From Octopus sinensis (lineage: Eukaryota), in assembly GCF_006345805.1 (NCBI RefSeq), contig NC_043015.1, forward strand, positions 8,308,001-8,372,000: DNA of 64,000 bases, given 5' to 3'. The notes below the pieces were generated by a model. The model saw only the letters and a program-made list of their open reading frames with translations. It did not search any database and had not been told where the DNA came from. The position numbers and the translations under genes are program-made. Position 1 is the stretch's first letter. Each line of letters begins with the position of its first letter. Positions 53,234 to 64,000 of this stretch are shown here, piece after piece.

Positions 53234-53243
<10 letters not shown>
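52201..53243. repeat. A-B-x-A-B(inverted): 88-bp direct repeat plus ~410-bp inverted repeat
   Basis: A at 52201-52288 and 52739-52826; B at 52299-52704 is the reverse complement of 52823-53243. Confidence 0.95.
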
Positions 53244-53264
<21 letters not shown>

Positions 53265-53667
53265 ATATATATATATATATATACATACAAATACATGCGT
53301 ATATCTATATATATCTTGCTCTCTCTCTTTGTCTCACACACACACTCATTATATATATATATAAATGTCACTAAATGTGACTAAGGGTGTTAGAAGGCCT
53401 ACATTGCTAGAAAGAATACAAAATATAGTTAAGGAACATAATTATATACATATATCCTTAGAAGGATTATTATAGCAGGAGCACCGATCAGTTTCGGTTA
53501 TTTCCTTCACAGGATATATGTATCCAAGTATGTGCCTTAATTACAGCATGATCCCATTTAGTTGTTATGTGTACTGACATAGAAGTTCTGATACCTTTAG
53601 TCGCACTGCGACATTTATAGATTTCTGTTTTAGTAACACATTACGCAATGCTGTTTACATTAATACG

Positions 53668-53734
<67 letters not shown>

Positions 53735-54338
53735 AAGGGTAAAATTAATTAATTAATTAGTAATTATAATTCCACCAAGTTGTGTTCAGCATGTTAAAAG
53801 GACCATTTACGTTAAACTTAAACATTACTTTTTATAATTCTGAGTATAAATATAATTAGCGTTCAGCCAAAAAAAAAGCTTTGACACATACCGAAATTTT
53901 AGAAATAACAGCCACAGATCTTAGCTATTTCTTCTACTATAAGAAGAAGCTCCCAGACAATGTATACTCAAAAAGAATTCACGTAGGCATAGAGGAAAAC
54001 TACCGAAAATTCACTCGGCATTCGATTACTTGTGGACACGTTTCTGAGTTAGATAGATATGGAGATGCAAGAATTACATCTTCATTCTACCATTCTCTTC
54101 ATCAGTACAAAGGTTTCATGATTTTAAATTAGTGAGCACTGACAAAATTGAACATACCTATCTGATTCAACTAACATCAGACAAACTATATCCAACATCC
54201 AGTACCAACGAATTCAAAACATACGAATGAGGCTTCGTTTTCTCCGGTGAGATGTTCGGTATGTGGCAAAGCAAATTTTTTTGCTGAACCCTAACTATAA
54301 TTACACTCATAATTATATATATATATATATATATATAC

Positions 54339-54554
54339 GTGGAGGCGCAATGGCCTAGTGGTTAGGGCAGCGGACTTGCGGTCGGAGGATCGCGGTTTCG
54401 ATTCCCAGACCGGGCGTTGTGTGTGTTTATTGAGCGAAAAAGCACCTAAAAGCTCCACGAGGCTCCGGCAGGAGGTGGTGATCCCTGCTGTACTCTTTCA
54501 CCACTCTAAAGGCGGTGCTCCAGCATGGCCGCAGTCAAATGACTGAAACAAGTA
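54339..54554 (+). mobile_element. tRNA-derived SINE type E with the same tail as type C
   Basis: A box TGGCCTAGTGG, B box GGTTTCGATTCC; tail AAAGGCGGTGCTCCAGCATGGCCGCAGTCAAATGACTGAAACAAGTA. Confidence 0.85.
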
Positions 54555-54557
54555 CAA

Positions 54558-54614
<57 letters not shown>

Positions 54615-54682
54615 ATACATATATATGAGTGTATATATATATACATATATATGAGTGTATTATATATACATATATATGAGTG

Positions 54683-54713
<31 letters not shown>

Positions 54714-54866
54714 ACATATATGAGTGTATATATATATAATATATATATATATATTATGAGGATACAATTTCAACGTAAGGCATTTTTAATAATTCAGATA
54801 ACAACTGACTTTATGAGGTATATTGAAAATTATTCAATATATATGTAAGAATATATATATATATAT

Positions 54867-55208
54867 GAAGGCGCATGGCTCAGTGGTTAGAGCGTCGAGC
54901 TTACGATCGTGAGGTTGTGAGCTCGAATCCCGGACGGGGCTGCGTGTTGTGTTCTTGAGCAAGGGACTTTATTTCACGTTGCTCCAGTTCACTCAGCTGT
55001 AGAAATGAGTTGCGACGTCACAGGTGCCAAGCTGTATCGGCCCTTGCCTTTCCCTTGGACAACATCGGTGACGTGGAGAGGGGAGGCCGGTATGCATGGG
55101 CGACTGCTGGTCTTCCATAAAACAACCTTGCCCAGACTTGTGCCTCAGAGGGTATCTCTCTAGGTGCAAACCCATGGTCAGTGCCTGACCGAAGGAGGTC
55201 TTTACCCT
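54867..55208 (+). mobile_element. tRNA-derived SINE type D (head and CORE-like domain as in type A, different 3' body)
   Basis: A box TGGCTCAGTGG, B box AGCTCGAATCC, then TTGTGTTCTTGAGCAAG.GACTTTATTTCACGTTGCTCCAG. Direct repeat ATATATGTAAGAATA at 54839-54853 and 55221-55235. Confidence 0.85.
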
Positions 55209-58200
55209 TTATATATATTTATATATGTAAGAATAAGAATAAAACAAACCGGATCAACATCCGAACATGTATAACTGTAATAAACTATATATTGCTGAAT
55301 ATCTTCAAGAAAAAGTAAATATATTTTCCTGTCTTCAATTATGAAATAACCTTTTTGAGGGGTTCGTTTAGTAACTTCCAAATGTAATAATCAACTTATT
55401 ACGACGCAGCCTTCATGGGATTAGGAACTGATCTTTTAAATTTAGCTAATATTAAACGTGGAAATGATGTTAAGACATCAACTTCATTTGAAAAATATAT
55501 TTATAATTATAATTAAAATTATATCTATAAAATATTTATAAAAGTTTATGGGAGGAAGATGGGAGAAAGACAAATGCAACCTATCATGAGAGGAATAATA
55601 TACAAAGAAGTAGATTGAGAAATGTTAATAAAGAAGATTATACTACGATAACGTTCTTTGAAGTACTATAGGGAAATATGTTTATATTTATAAAAAAATT
55701 ATGGGATAAAGATAGGAGAAAGACAAATACATCTTAACATGAGGTGTTTAATATACAAAATAGTAGATTAAGAAATTTTGATAAAGAAGTTTGTTTATAT
55801 TATACTACGATAATGTGCTTTAGTACTACAGAGAAATATTATCATATTTGTAATATCTAGGCTTAAATGGGTTAGGATATAATCTCCGGTGTTCGAAGAA
55901 AAATATTAGGTGTATAAAAAAGAACTTTATTTTTCTCACAGAGGAGATACGAGAGAAATATTAAAAAAAAACATTGTTACAATATTATTTCCCTCTGTCA
56001 AAATGTGAGTAACTAATAATGTCCCTTTTTCATATGGTTAACTATGTCAGATTTCCTTTTTATAATAATGCAAAAATATCATGTGTTTTACTAGAGAAAT
56101 ATGTCTATAAATTTTAGGAATAATAAAGATATAAATACGCACGTATAGTTTTAAGATTCATATTATATATGTTATAATATATTAAAAGTATGAACGATCA
56201 TTGATACTGAATTATGAGATTTTAGAAAATAAAAGATAAAATGTTCAATTTACAGCATTTATGTAAAAATAGGGGTTATATTAAAGATATATATATTGGG
56301 GGTTTGTTTAATGACTATTATATGTACATTCTATTTAACATTTAGATTGGTATTATAGATTAATAGTAAGCTTTGAGGTAAATTATTGAATTATTACAAG
56401 ATGAGAGACCAATAGATTAAAATTATACTCATATACTGGTATTACATTTTTTTTAATATAATGACTGTTTTAATAAATAACCATACTCACGTCAATTAAT
56501 TAATATGTGGGTTATATGCGTTATATGGGTGTCATAAATATTAAAAAATATGACTGGTGAAGTATAGAATATGCAGCTGAAAAATAATATACAATAATTT
56601 ATTATTTCGATGTATGTATTTGTGTAACAAATATTGAATTAACTAAGACGATAACAGTATTGCATAAAGATAATAGTAAATAGATGATACAATTTGGGAT
56701 GATGTTGTAAGTTCAGGTAAGGTTTGGATATGTGTGAGATACATATAATATAAATAAGGTGGGTTTGCCAATGGGTGTGATATTATGTATTATTGTATTA
56801 TGATAATATAAGTATGGGATGAAGTATACAAATCGAAGTACAAATCAGAATAAGTGAAACGTTTAATATTAATATTAAAGGTTAATTCCAAGTTATGAGG
56901 ATAAACATAGTGGTTATATTTATGTACCTAATAAGAAACCGTATTACAGAAATATATGGAGATGATATTATTAGTGCTAATTGATCTACGTGAAATATCG
57001 TATAGGGAAACATGAAACCTCGTTTTGAAATATGAATAAACATAACAGCACAAACCTTAGTAAATTTATCTAGAAACCTAACTATAGTAATAAAGCCTAT
57101 AAAATTAGATGGAATGTTATAAATAATGTTCGTTAATATAAATCACCTGCCAAGACACAGAAACACACAACTCTGTACACACACATACACACAAGGGAAA
57201 ACATCTCAAAGAAGCACACTCTCACACCCACAAGTACACTTACACATACGCTAACAAACACACACTCACACATATACACACAGCTGTTGGCCACCAACAT
57301 ACACACAGGTGGAGACACTCAAAGGAATACAACTAACCAAAAGATAAATCCAAATTCAACATACACACCCATTAACTCAAAGCTGTTCACTTTTGCAAAG
57401 CGTATTGAAAGGGAATTCATGAAAATATAGATACACACACGCACACACAAACACACGTACATACACATGCAAACACACACACGTGGACATGAAAACCATT
57501 AAAGCAATTATGAGACACTCCATTGGCAGGAACACACAAAGATTTCTTTCAGACAATAGACACACATTAACTCACTTCCAACAATATACCAAATAATATT
57601 TGAAGAAGGCTTCAGCGAAAAAACCTTCAGACATGTTCTTGTCTCCCAGACAGAAGATAAACTATTTTTATTTCAAATTATAATTTTTATTTACTAATAT
57701 TTGAAAAGATAATATACATCGAACCGGCAATATCTGCTTTACAAATTTTAATAATATTTTATTAAATTCCGTCTTAAATTGAAATATCTTAGATTTGTGT
57801 ACTATTTTCACCTCCATCTTTTATATTACATAGGAAATTGTGAACACGAGAAATATTATTCTTAAGATTATAATCCTGGCAAAGTATGCGACAAGTTATT
57901 TCACGTGGAAAATTTCAGGACAATTTATTACATCTGGTAAAGTGCAGAACATGATTTTTTCCACTTAAAATATTACAGCTAAAGATAAAATTTCAAATAA
58001 AATATTTAGATTCAGAAAATGTTAGCTTTTATTAAAAGTAGAAATTTTATTACAAAGTATGACTTCTAATTTGTTATTACTTGTTCCTTCTAGTAAAAAT
58101 TAAAAATAACATTTGCACTTTAAAAAATTCATTTAGTTAGTAATATAATAACTAGAAATTTCAAAACGGGTTACGAAAATAATAGTAGTACATTATAAGT

Positions 58201-58529
58201 TATTACAATGAACAGAATAATGCCAAAATTAGTTATACGTTACAGTAAAATCTAACAATAACAAAAAATTTAGAGTAAAATTTGACCCAATGTCTATTTC
58301 TTACATAAAGAATTTGCCTACCGTATATATCATTCTATTTTGCATAACACTTTAGATAAATTTGTATTTCTAGTATTAATTTTTTAAATATTCTAGTGTG
58401 TCGATATTTTATAATGTTACTTTCTAAATTAAAATCAACTAAGTTTTAATGTTCAAAATTTAAACAACTACTACTGTAGATGTATGATATAAAAAATTGA
58501 TATCGATAGATTTCTAATCTTTTCTCAAC

Positions 58530-58596
<67 letters not shown>

Positions 58597-58825
58597 ATGT
58601 ATATAATATACATTTATAAATATACATATATAAATAGAGTAGGCTGTTGTAGTAACCGACTAAGGGATAAAACATCCGTACGTGTTATCAGTTTATATCT
58701 GTATCTATGTATATATATATATATATATATTATATATAAATAAATACACAGACACACACACACCCATAGACACACACACACACACACACAACACACACAC
58801 ACACACACACAACACACACACACAC

Positions 58826-58876
<51 letters not shown>

Positions 58877-58914
58877 ATGTAAGTGACCACCTACATACGA
58901 GTGAAGATTCGTGA

Positions 58915-59060
58915 CCCAGTATATAATGGTGATTCATCTTAATGATCACAGGTTTGTAAATTCGATTCCTGCACCGGGTGATGTGTTTCGTTCTTGAGTA
59001 ACCCCCCCCCCACACTTTTTTCGCTTTTTTACATTGCTCCAGTTCACCCAACTTTTAGTG
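58915..59060 (+). mobile_element. Degenerate SINE A/D head and core
   Basis: AAATTCGATTCC...GTTCTTGAGTAA...CATTGCTCCAGTTCACCC. Confidence 0.5.
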
Positions 59061-59575
59061 AAAGAAAGATGTCCCGTTTAAAATGGTGGAATATCAAAGC
59101 CACAGAGTCTTGTATCTCAAGCATATGGGACTATACCTCCGAACGCACATTTAAAGCTTTTGGTATAAACGTTAAGTATATATCTTTATGTAAATACATT
59201 TGGTTAGCTTCAGTGATATCCAGTACTCACTTTAAATCTTTCTTTTTCAGTAGGTTAGAAGTCCATGCTTAATCTAAAATATAATTTCGTTTTATTTCCA
59301 AGGAAATTAAGTGTTGACTACACATATGTACAGAGAAGAAAACACAACACTTTGGATCAATATTTGCTTACTTAAAAATTACCTTGTACCGAGAAAACAT
59401 GACATTTTTTTCTACAGTATTCGGACATTACTTGCCATATTTTCCTAAAATATTTTATACTGTGTTTGATATCGTCAGTCTCTACAGAAAAGCCGAAATT
59501 GCCACCCTAAAATATTGAGTTACTGAATTTTAGAAGCCCACATGAAATTTTTTTTTGATGGAACAACGGCAAGTA

Positions 59576-59624
<49 letters not shown>

Positions 59625-59627
<3 letters not shown>

Positions 59628-59792
59628 TCTGTCTTCCCTTCTCTGGATCTTTCCTTCTCCTATGTTTCCGACGAAGAGCTCCGCTCGAATCGTTAATCCC
59701 TCCTTCTTCCCTTCTTTCCTGAGGGTCCAATAATACTATATTTGTTCCACGTCCTCGCGTCGTTGTGTTTTTTTGTGTTTTCTTGTTTGGAG

Positions 59793-59795
<3 letters not shown>
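59625..59795 (+). mobile_element. Family H1 repeat (hammerhead-like motif with GAAA changed to GAAT)
   Basis: Homologous to 39240-39430; embedded between two (TA)n tracts. Confidence 0.75.
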
Positions 59796-59850
<55 letters not shown>

Positions 59851-60144
59851 ATGTAATAGTACTATATTGGACGAGAACAGTTTCATTATGATTTTCTGAA
59901 ACTCACTGCATTGAAGATGATGCACGACTAAGGTGTAGCTGCAATACTAAAAAAATATTTAAAACTTGCAGAACATTCAATAAAAGAGGATGGATTTAAA
60001 TTGATAGTCGGTAGTCAGCTGCACTGCAAATATTTGTCTTTCTTGCAGGAATTTAAAAATTCTAGCGTATTCATTTTTCTATATCGTAAATATGTACAAT
60101 CATAAATACATACATGCATGTATACATACATACATACACATACA

Positions 60145-60182
<38 letters not shown>

Positions 60183-60183
<1 letters not shown>

Positions 60184-60406
60184 TCTTACTCTTACTCTTT
60201 CACTTGTTTCAGTCATTTGACTGCGGCCATGCTGGATCACCGCCTTTAGTCGAGCAAATCGACCCCAGGACTTATTCTTTGTAAGCCTAGTACTTATTCT
60301 ATCGGTCTCTTTTACCGAACCGCTAATGACGGGGTCGTAAACACACCAGCATCGGCTGTCAAGGAATGCAAGGGGGACAAACACAAACACACAAAAATAT
60401 ACACAC

Positions 60407-60439
<33 letters not shown>

Positions 60440-60611
60440 ATATATATATATACGACAGGCTTCTTTCAGTTTCCGTCTACCAAATCCACTCACAAGGCAT
60501 TGGTCGAGCCGAGGCTATAGCAGAAGACACTTGCCCACGATGCCACGCAGTGGGACTGAACCCGGAACCATGTGGTTGGTAAGCAAGCTACTTACCACAC
60601 AGCCACTCCTA

Positions 60612-60616
<5 letters not shown>
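60183..60616 (-). mobile_element. Full-length SINE type C
   Basis: Colinear and highly similar to 7122-7584. Confidence 0.9.
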
Positions 60617-60676
<60 letters not shown>

Positions 60677-60679
<3 letters not shown>

Positions 60680-61145
60680 CTGATGATGTGTGTTTAGTGG
60701 ACTAACGGAGGTGTAATATATTATGATTTCATTGAACCTGGCTCATCAATCACGGCCGAAGTATACTGCAGCCAACTGGACCAAACGATGCAGAAACTTA
60801 CAAAAAGCAGTCCATATTATTCACCATTTCCACTCCTATTTTATTGCCAGTGAATGCCACACCAAACTTTGCAAAAATGACAATGGCTAAACTGCATGAT
60901 TTGGAGTTGGAAGTGGCCTATCATCCACCATACTCACCTGACCTTGCCCCCACTGACTACCACTTCTTCCAGAATTTGGATAACTTTTTGATAGGAAAAA
61001 AATTTAATCCGACGATGCTGTAAAACAGGCCTTCGCAAATTATGTTGACTGTAGATTGCCAAGATTTTACAGTTCAGGTTTGGACATGCTAACGTTGAAA
61101 TGGCAAACGTCTATTGATAATATGGATGCATTTTTTGATGAATAA
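60677..61145 (+). mobile_element. Mariner transposase C-terminal relic
   Basis: KLMMCV*WTNGGVIYYDFIEPGSSITAEVYCSQLD...HPPYSPDLAPTDYHFFQNLDNFLIGKKF...FFDE*. Confidence 0.9.
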
Positions 61146-61337
61146 AACTATTCCTTGTATTTATATGCGTGCGCTGACGAACATTCATAGATGCATAGAT
61201 ATTTATAAATGTATGATTGACTGAACCTGGAACCAGATAGTTCGGAAGGAAGCTTCTTAACATCCAATCTCGCCTACGAATATAAATACATAGGTATACG
61301 TAAATACTATACAAGTACATATACAATTTTTTATATT

Positions 61338-61384
<47 letters not shown>

Positions 61385-61444
61385 GTGTGTGTGCATGTGT
61401 GTGTGTATGCATGTATGTATATGCATATATATACATATGTATAA

Positions 61445-61730
61445 AGGACCCTCTTCGCTCGTGAATGACCATGGAATTGCACCTAGAAAGTTGCCCTCCT
61501 CAGCACAAGTCCGGTCAGGATTGTTTGTGGGTGAAAAGTAGTCACCCCCACCGACACCACTTCACAAACGATGCTGGTATGATTACGTCCACATGAATTA
61601 ACGGTTCGGCAAAAGAGCCGCTAAAATAAGTACTAGACTTACAAAGAATAAGTTCTGGCTCGATTTATTCGACTAAAGGCGTTGCTCCTGCATGGCTGCA
61701 GTCAAATGACTGAAACAAGTAAAAGAATAA
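61445..61730. mobile_element. Fused divergent SINE halves: type D 3' end (minus, 61445-61528) and type C 3' half (plus, 61541-61730)
   Basis: The left part is the reverse complement of ~55120-55202; the right part matches the SINE C tail. Confidence 0.7.
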
Positions 61731-62339
61731 AATTATATATATATATAATGTTTTCAATGAGGGTGACATGTATTCTCTATGACTGTATGTCGTGAAGCTG
61801 TTTGAAGATTTAAACCTATTACCGAGTCTTTACTTGTAAACAGCATTTTTTGTACGAAATTAACCTTTCTTAAAGCCTACTAGGTCATCTGGCGAATTTT
61901 CATATGCAATGACATAAATTATAAAGATTTGTGTACAAAGCAGGATTTCCAAATATAGTTTTTTTATTATGCAAGGGAAACTTATGAAAGGTTGCTCAGT
62001 AACTTCAGTGTAAATAGAATTAGTAGCTGAAAAGTCCTCGATTCATTGTGAGAGGTGACTTTTTAAGATTTCATGCAGGACATTAGTCTGAAGTTAATTC
62101 TGATATTACCAGTGACATTTAGTCGATGTGTGTGACATTGCATGTCCTTAAACTTTCGTTTGAGACTTTTATCGTAGTGAGAATATTGCATTATATCTAA
62201 ACTATATGTCAATAGTTCCCGTACAATCCTTCTGTAAAATAAATGAAAGAAAAATATTTAGTTTATTACTATAAGACTAATATTGAAATAGATAATGAAG
62301 ATGATGATCGTAATAGCAAGATGATAAACAACAACAGCG

Positions 62340-62340
<1 letters not shown>

Positions 62341-62378
<38 letters not shown>

Positions 62379-62401
62379 TAATAAAATAATAATAATTAAT
62401 A

Positions 62402-62445
<44 letters not shown>

Positions 62446-62471
62446 CATAATTATTATTATTATTATTATTA

Positions 62472-62507
<36 letters not shown>

Positions 62508-62525
62508 TATTATATTATTTATTAC

Positions 62526-62560
<35 letters not shown>

Positions 62561-62575
62561 TATTATTATTATATT
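62341..62575. repeat. (AAT)n followed by (ATT)n array, inverted junction at ~62422
   Basis: Direct reading. Confidence 0.95.
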
Positions 62576-62792
62576 AGTAGTTTTATTTTTATAGCGTGCT
62601 TTCACTTCACTACCGAGCGCAGCTCTGTGTGCCTTGGGTATATGCTGTGTGATTTGTTGTGATGTTCTGATGGTTATTGTATGGAAAGTGTTCTGCGTAG
62701 GATGTGTGCAGTGCCTAGTAGTGCAATTTTCTGTATGTTATATGTGTTTGTAAGTCCTGGTGTTTTTGTTATGTATTTGTCTGAATATTTTT
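62576..62792 (-). mobile_element. Severely 5'-truncated (~215 bp) R4/Dong-type copy
   Basis: Near-identical to 62817-63032, the 3' end of the long copy; bounded by (ATT)n on both sides. Confidence 0.9.
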
Positions 62793-62816
62793 ATTATTAT
62801 TATTATTATTATTATT

Positions 62817-64000
62817 CAGTAGTTTTATTTTTATAGCGTGCTTTCACTTCACTACCGAGCACAGCTCTGTGTGCCTTGGGTATGTGCTGTGATTTGTTGT
62901 GATGCTCTGATGGTTATTGTATGGAAAGTGTTCTGCGTAGGATGTGTGCAGTGCCTAGTAGTGCAAATTTTCTGTATGTGATATGTGTTTGTAAGTCCTG
63001 GTGTTTTTGTTATGTTTTGTCTGAATATTTTTTTATCATGCCTAATGCACCTACTATGATAGGAATTGTTTCTTTTTTCAGATTCCACATTCTAGTTACC
63101 TCTATTTCCAGGTCTTTGTATTTTGAGAGTTTCTCCATTTCTTTAGAGACACGTTGTCATCAGCCGGTATTGATACATCAATTAGAAAGCATTTTTTTTC
63201 TTCATGATCTCTGACAACTATATCTGGTCTGTTGGCCTTAATTTCTCTATCTGTGTGTATGCATATCCCAGAGTATGGTTGCTTTCTCGTTTTCTGTGAC
63301 CTTTTCTGGTGTGTGCCTATACCATCTTTTTTCTGTTGTTATTCCATAATGTTGGCATAGCTTCCAATGTATGTAGGTTCCAACCTGTCATGTCTGTGAA
63401 TATATTCCTTCTTAGCCAGGACTGGGCAGCGAGAGATAATATGATTTATTGTTTCCTGTCCATCTCCACATATTCTGCAGTTACTTGTAATATTTCTTTT
63501 CATTACATGGTAATTTCTGGTGGGGAGGCTTTGGTCTTGTGCTGCAATTAAAAATCCCTCTGTTTCTGCTTTGAGTCCTGAGCTTCTCAACCATTGCTGG
63601 GATTTTTCTTTGTCTATTTCTTTTGCGTTTAGTTTAGTGCAGTATTTACCATGAAGGGGCTTTTCTTGCCATCGTTTTATCATGGTTCATTGCTGTTCTA
63701 TTTTTAGTTTGGATTTCATTTGTTTTATCGCTTTTGTTGTTTCTTCATCTTCTTCTTCTTCTTCTTCTTCATGTTTATTAGGTGGTATGATTTCTTGTTT
63801 GTATTTGTCAGCTTCCTTAAATACTGAGAACATTTTTTGTTTGCTCGTGTTTTGCCGCTATCTGGATCAGTTTGCCTCCTTCTGAAGTAGATATTTTTGC
63901 AGTCCTATGTGGTTATTGTATAGTGGTTTTCCAGCTGTATAAGGCCTCTACCACCTTCTATACGTTGTATATATAGTCTTCCTATGTCAGATTTTGGGTG
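62817..64000 (-). mobile_element. R4/Dong-clade non-LTR retrotransposon 3' part (zinc knuckle plus restriction-like endonuclease); continues beyond the window
   Basis: Track ORF 63339-63683: WQEKPLHG...ETEGFLIAAQDQSLPTRNY...CRICGDGQETINHIISRCPVLAKKEYIHRHD. Then KANRPDIVV (PD..D RLE motif), EKLSKYKDLEIE and PIIVGALG...AHILRRTLS. Frameshifted. Confidence 0.9.

Noticed and set aside
54620-54730. Regularly spaced ATATATGAGTGT units that could suggest a CRISPR-like array
   Set aside because: The spacers are just (TA)n; this is a microsatellite-derived minisatellite in a eukaryotic context.

Overview
Eukaryotic, very AT-rich, microsatellite-dense, repeat-dominated DNA. It has no prokaryotic features, rRNA or intact host gene. 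The SINE families look like those I recognise from octopus genomes (recognition only, not a database hit). Nearly all ORFs in the track are microsatellite artefacts or shadows of decayed transposons. Supported content: at least five tRNA-headed SINE types; three Penelope-like fragments; three mariner and two or three Tc1/IS630-like relics; RTE, CR1/L2 and Tx1/L1 LINE fragments; and an R4/Dong-type element inserted twice in tandem in a (TAA)n array. Most worth following up: two homologous ORF1-only (CCHC knuckle) retroelements with no ORF2; short repeats carrying minimal hammerhead-ribozyme-like motifs, mostly with a U4-to-C core change; a LINE 3' end matching the tail of two SINE types; and a ~1 kb A-B-x-A-B(inverted) rearrangement at 52.2-53.2 kb. 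One GC-rich candidate host exon lies at ~12.65-12.8 kb. All translations and alignments were done by eye, so boundaries of decayed elements are approximate.
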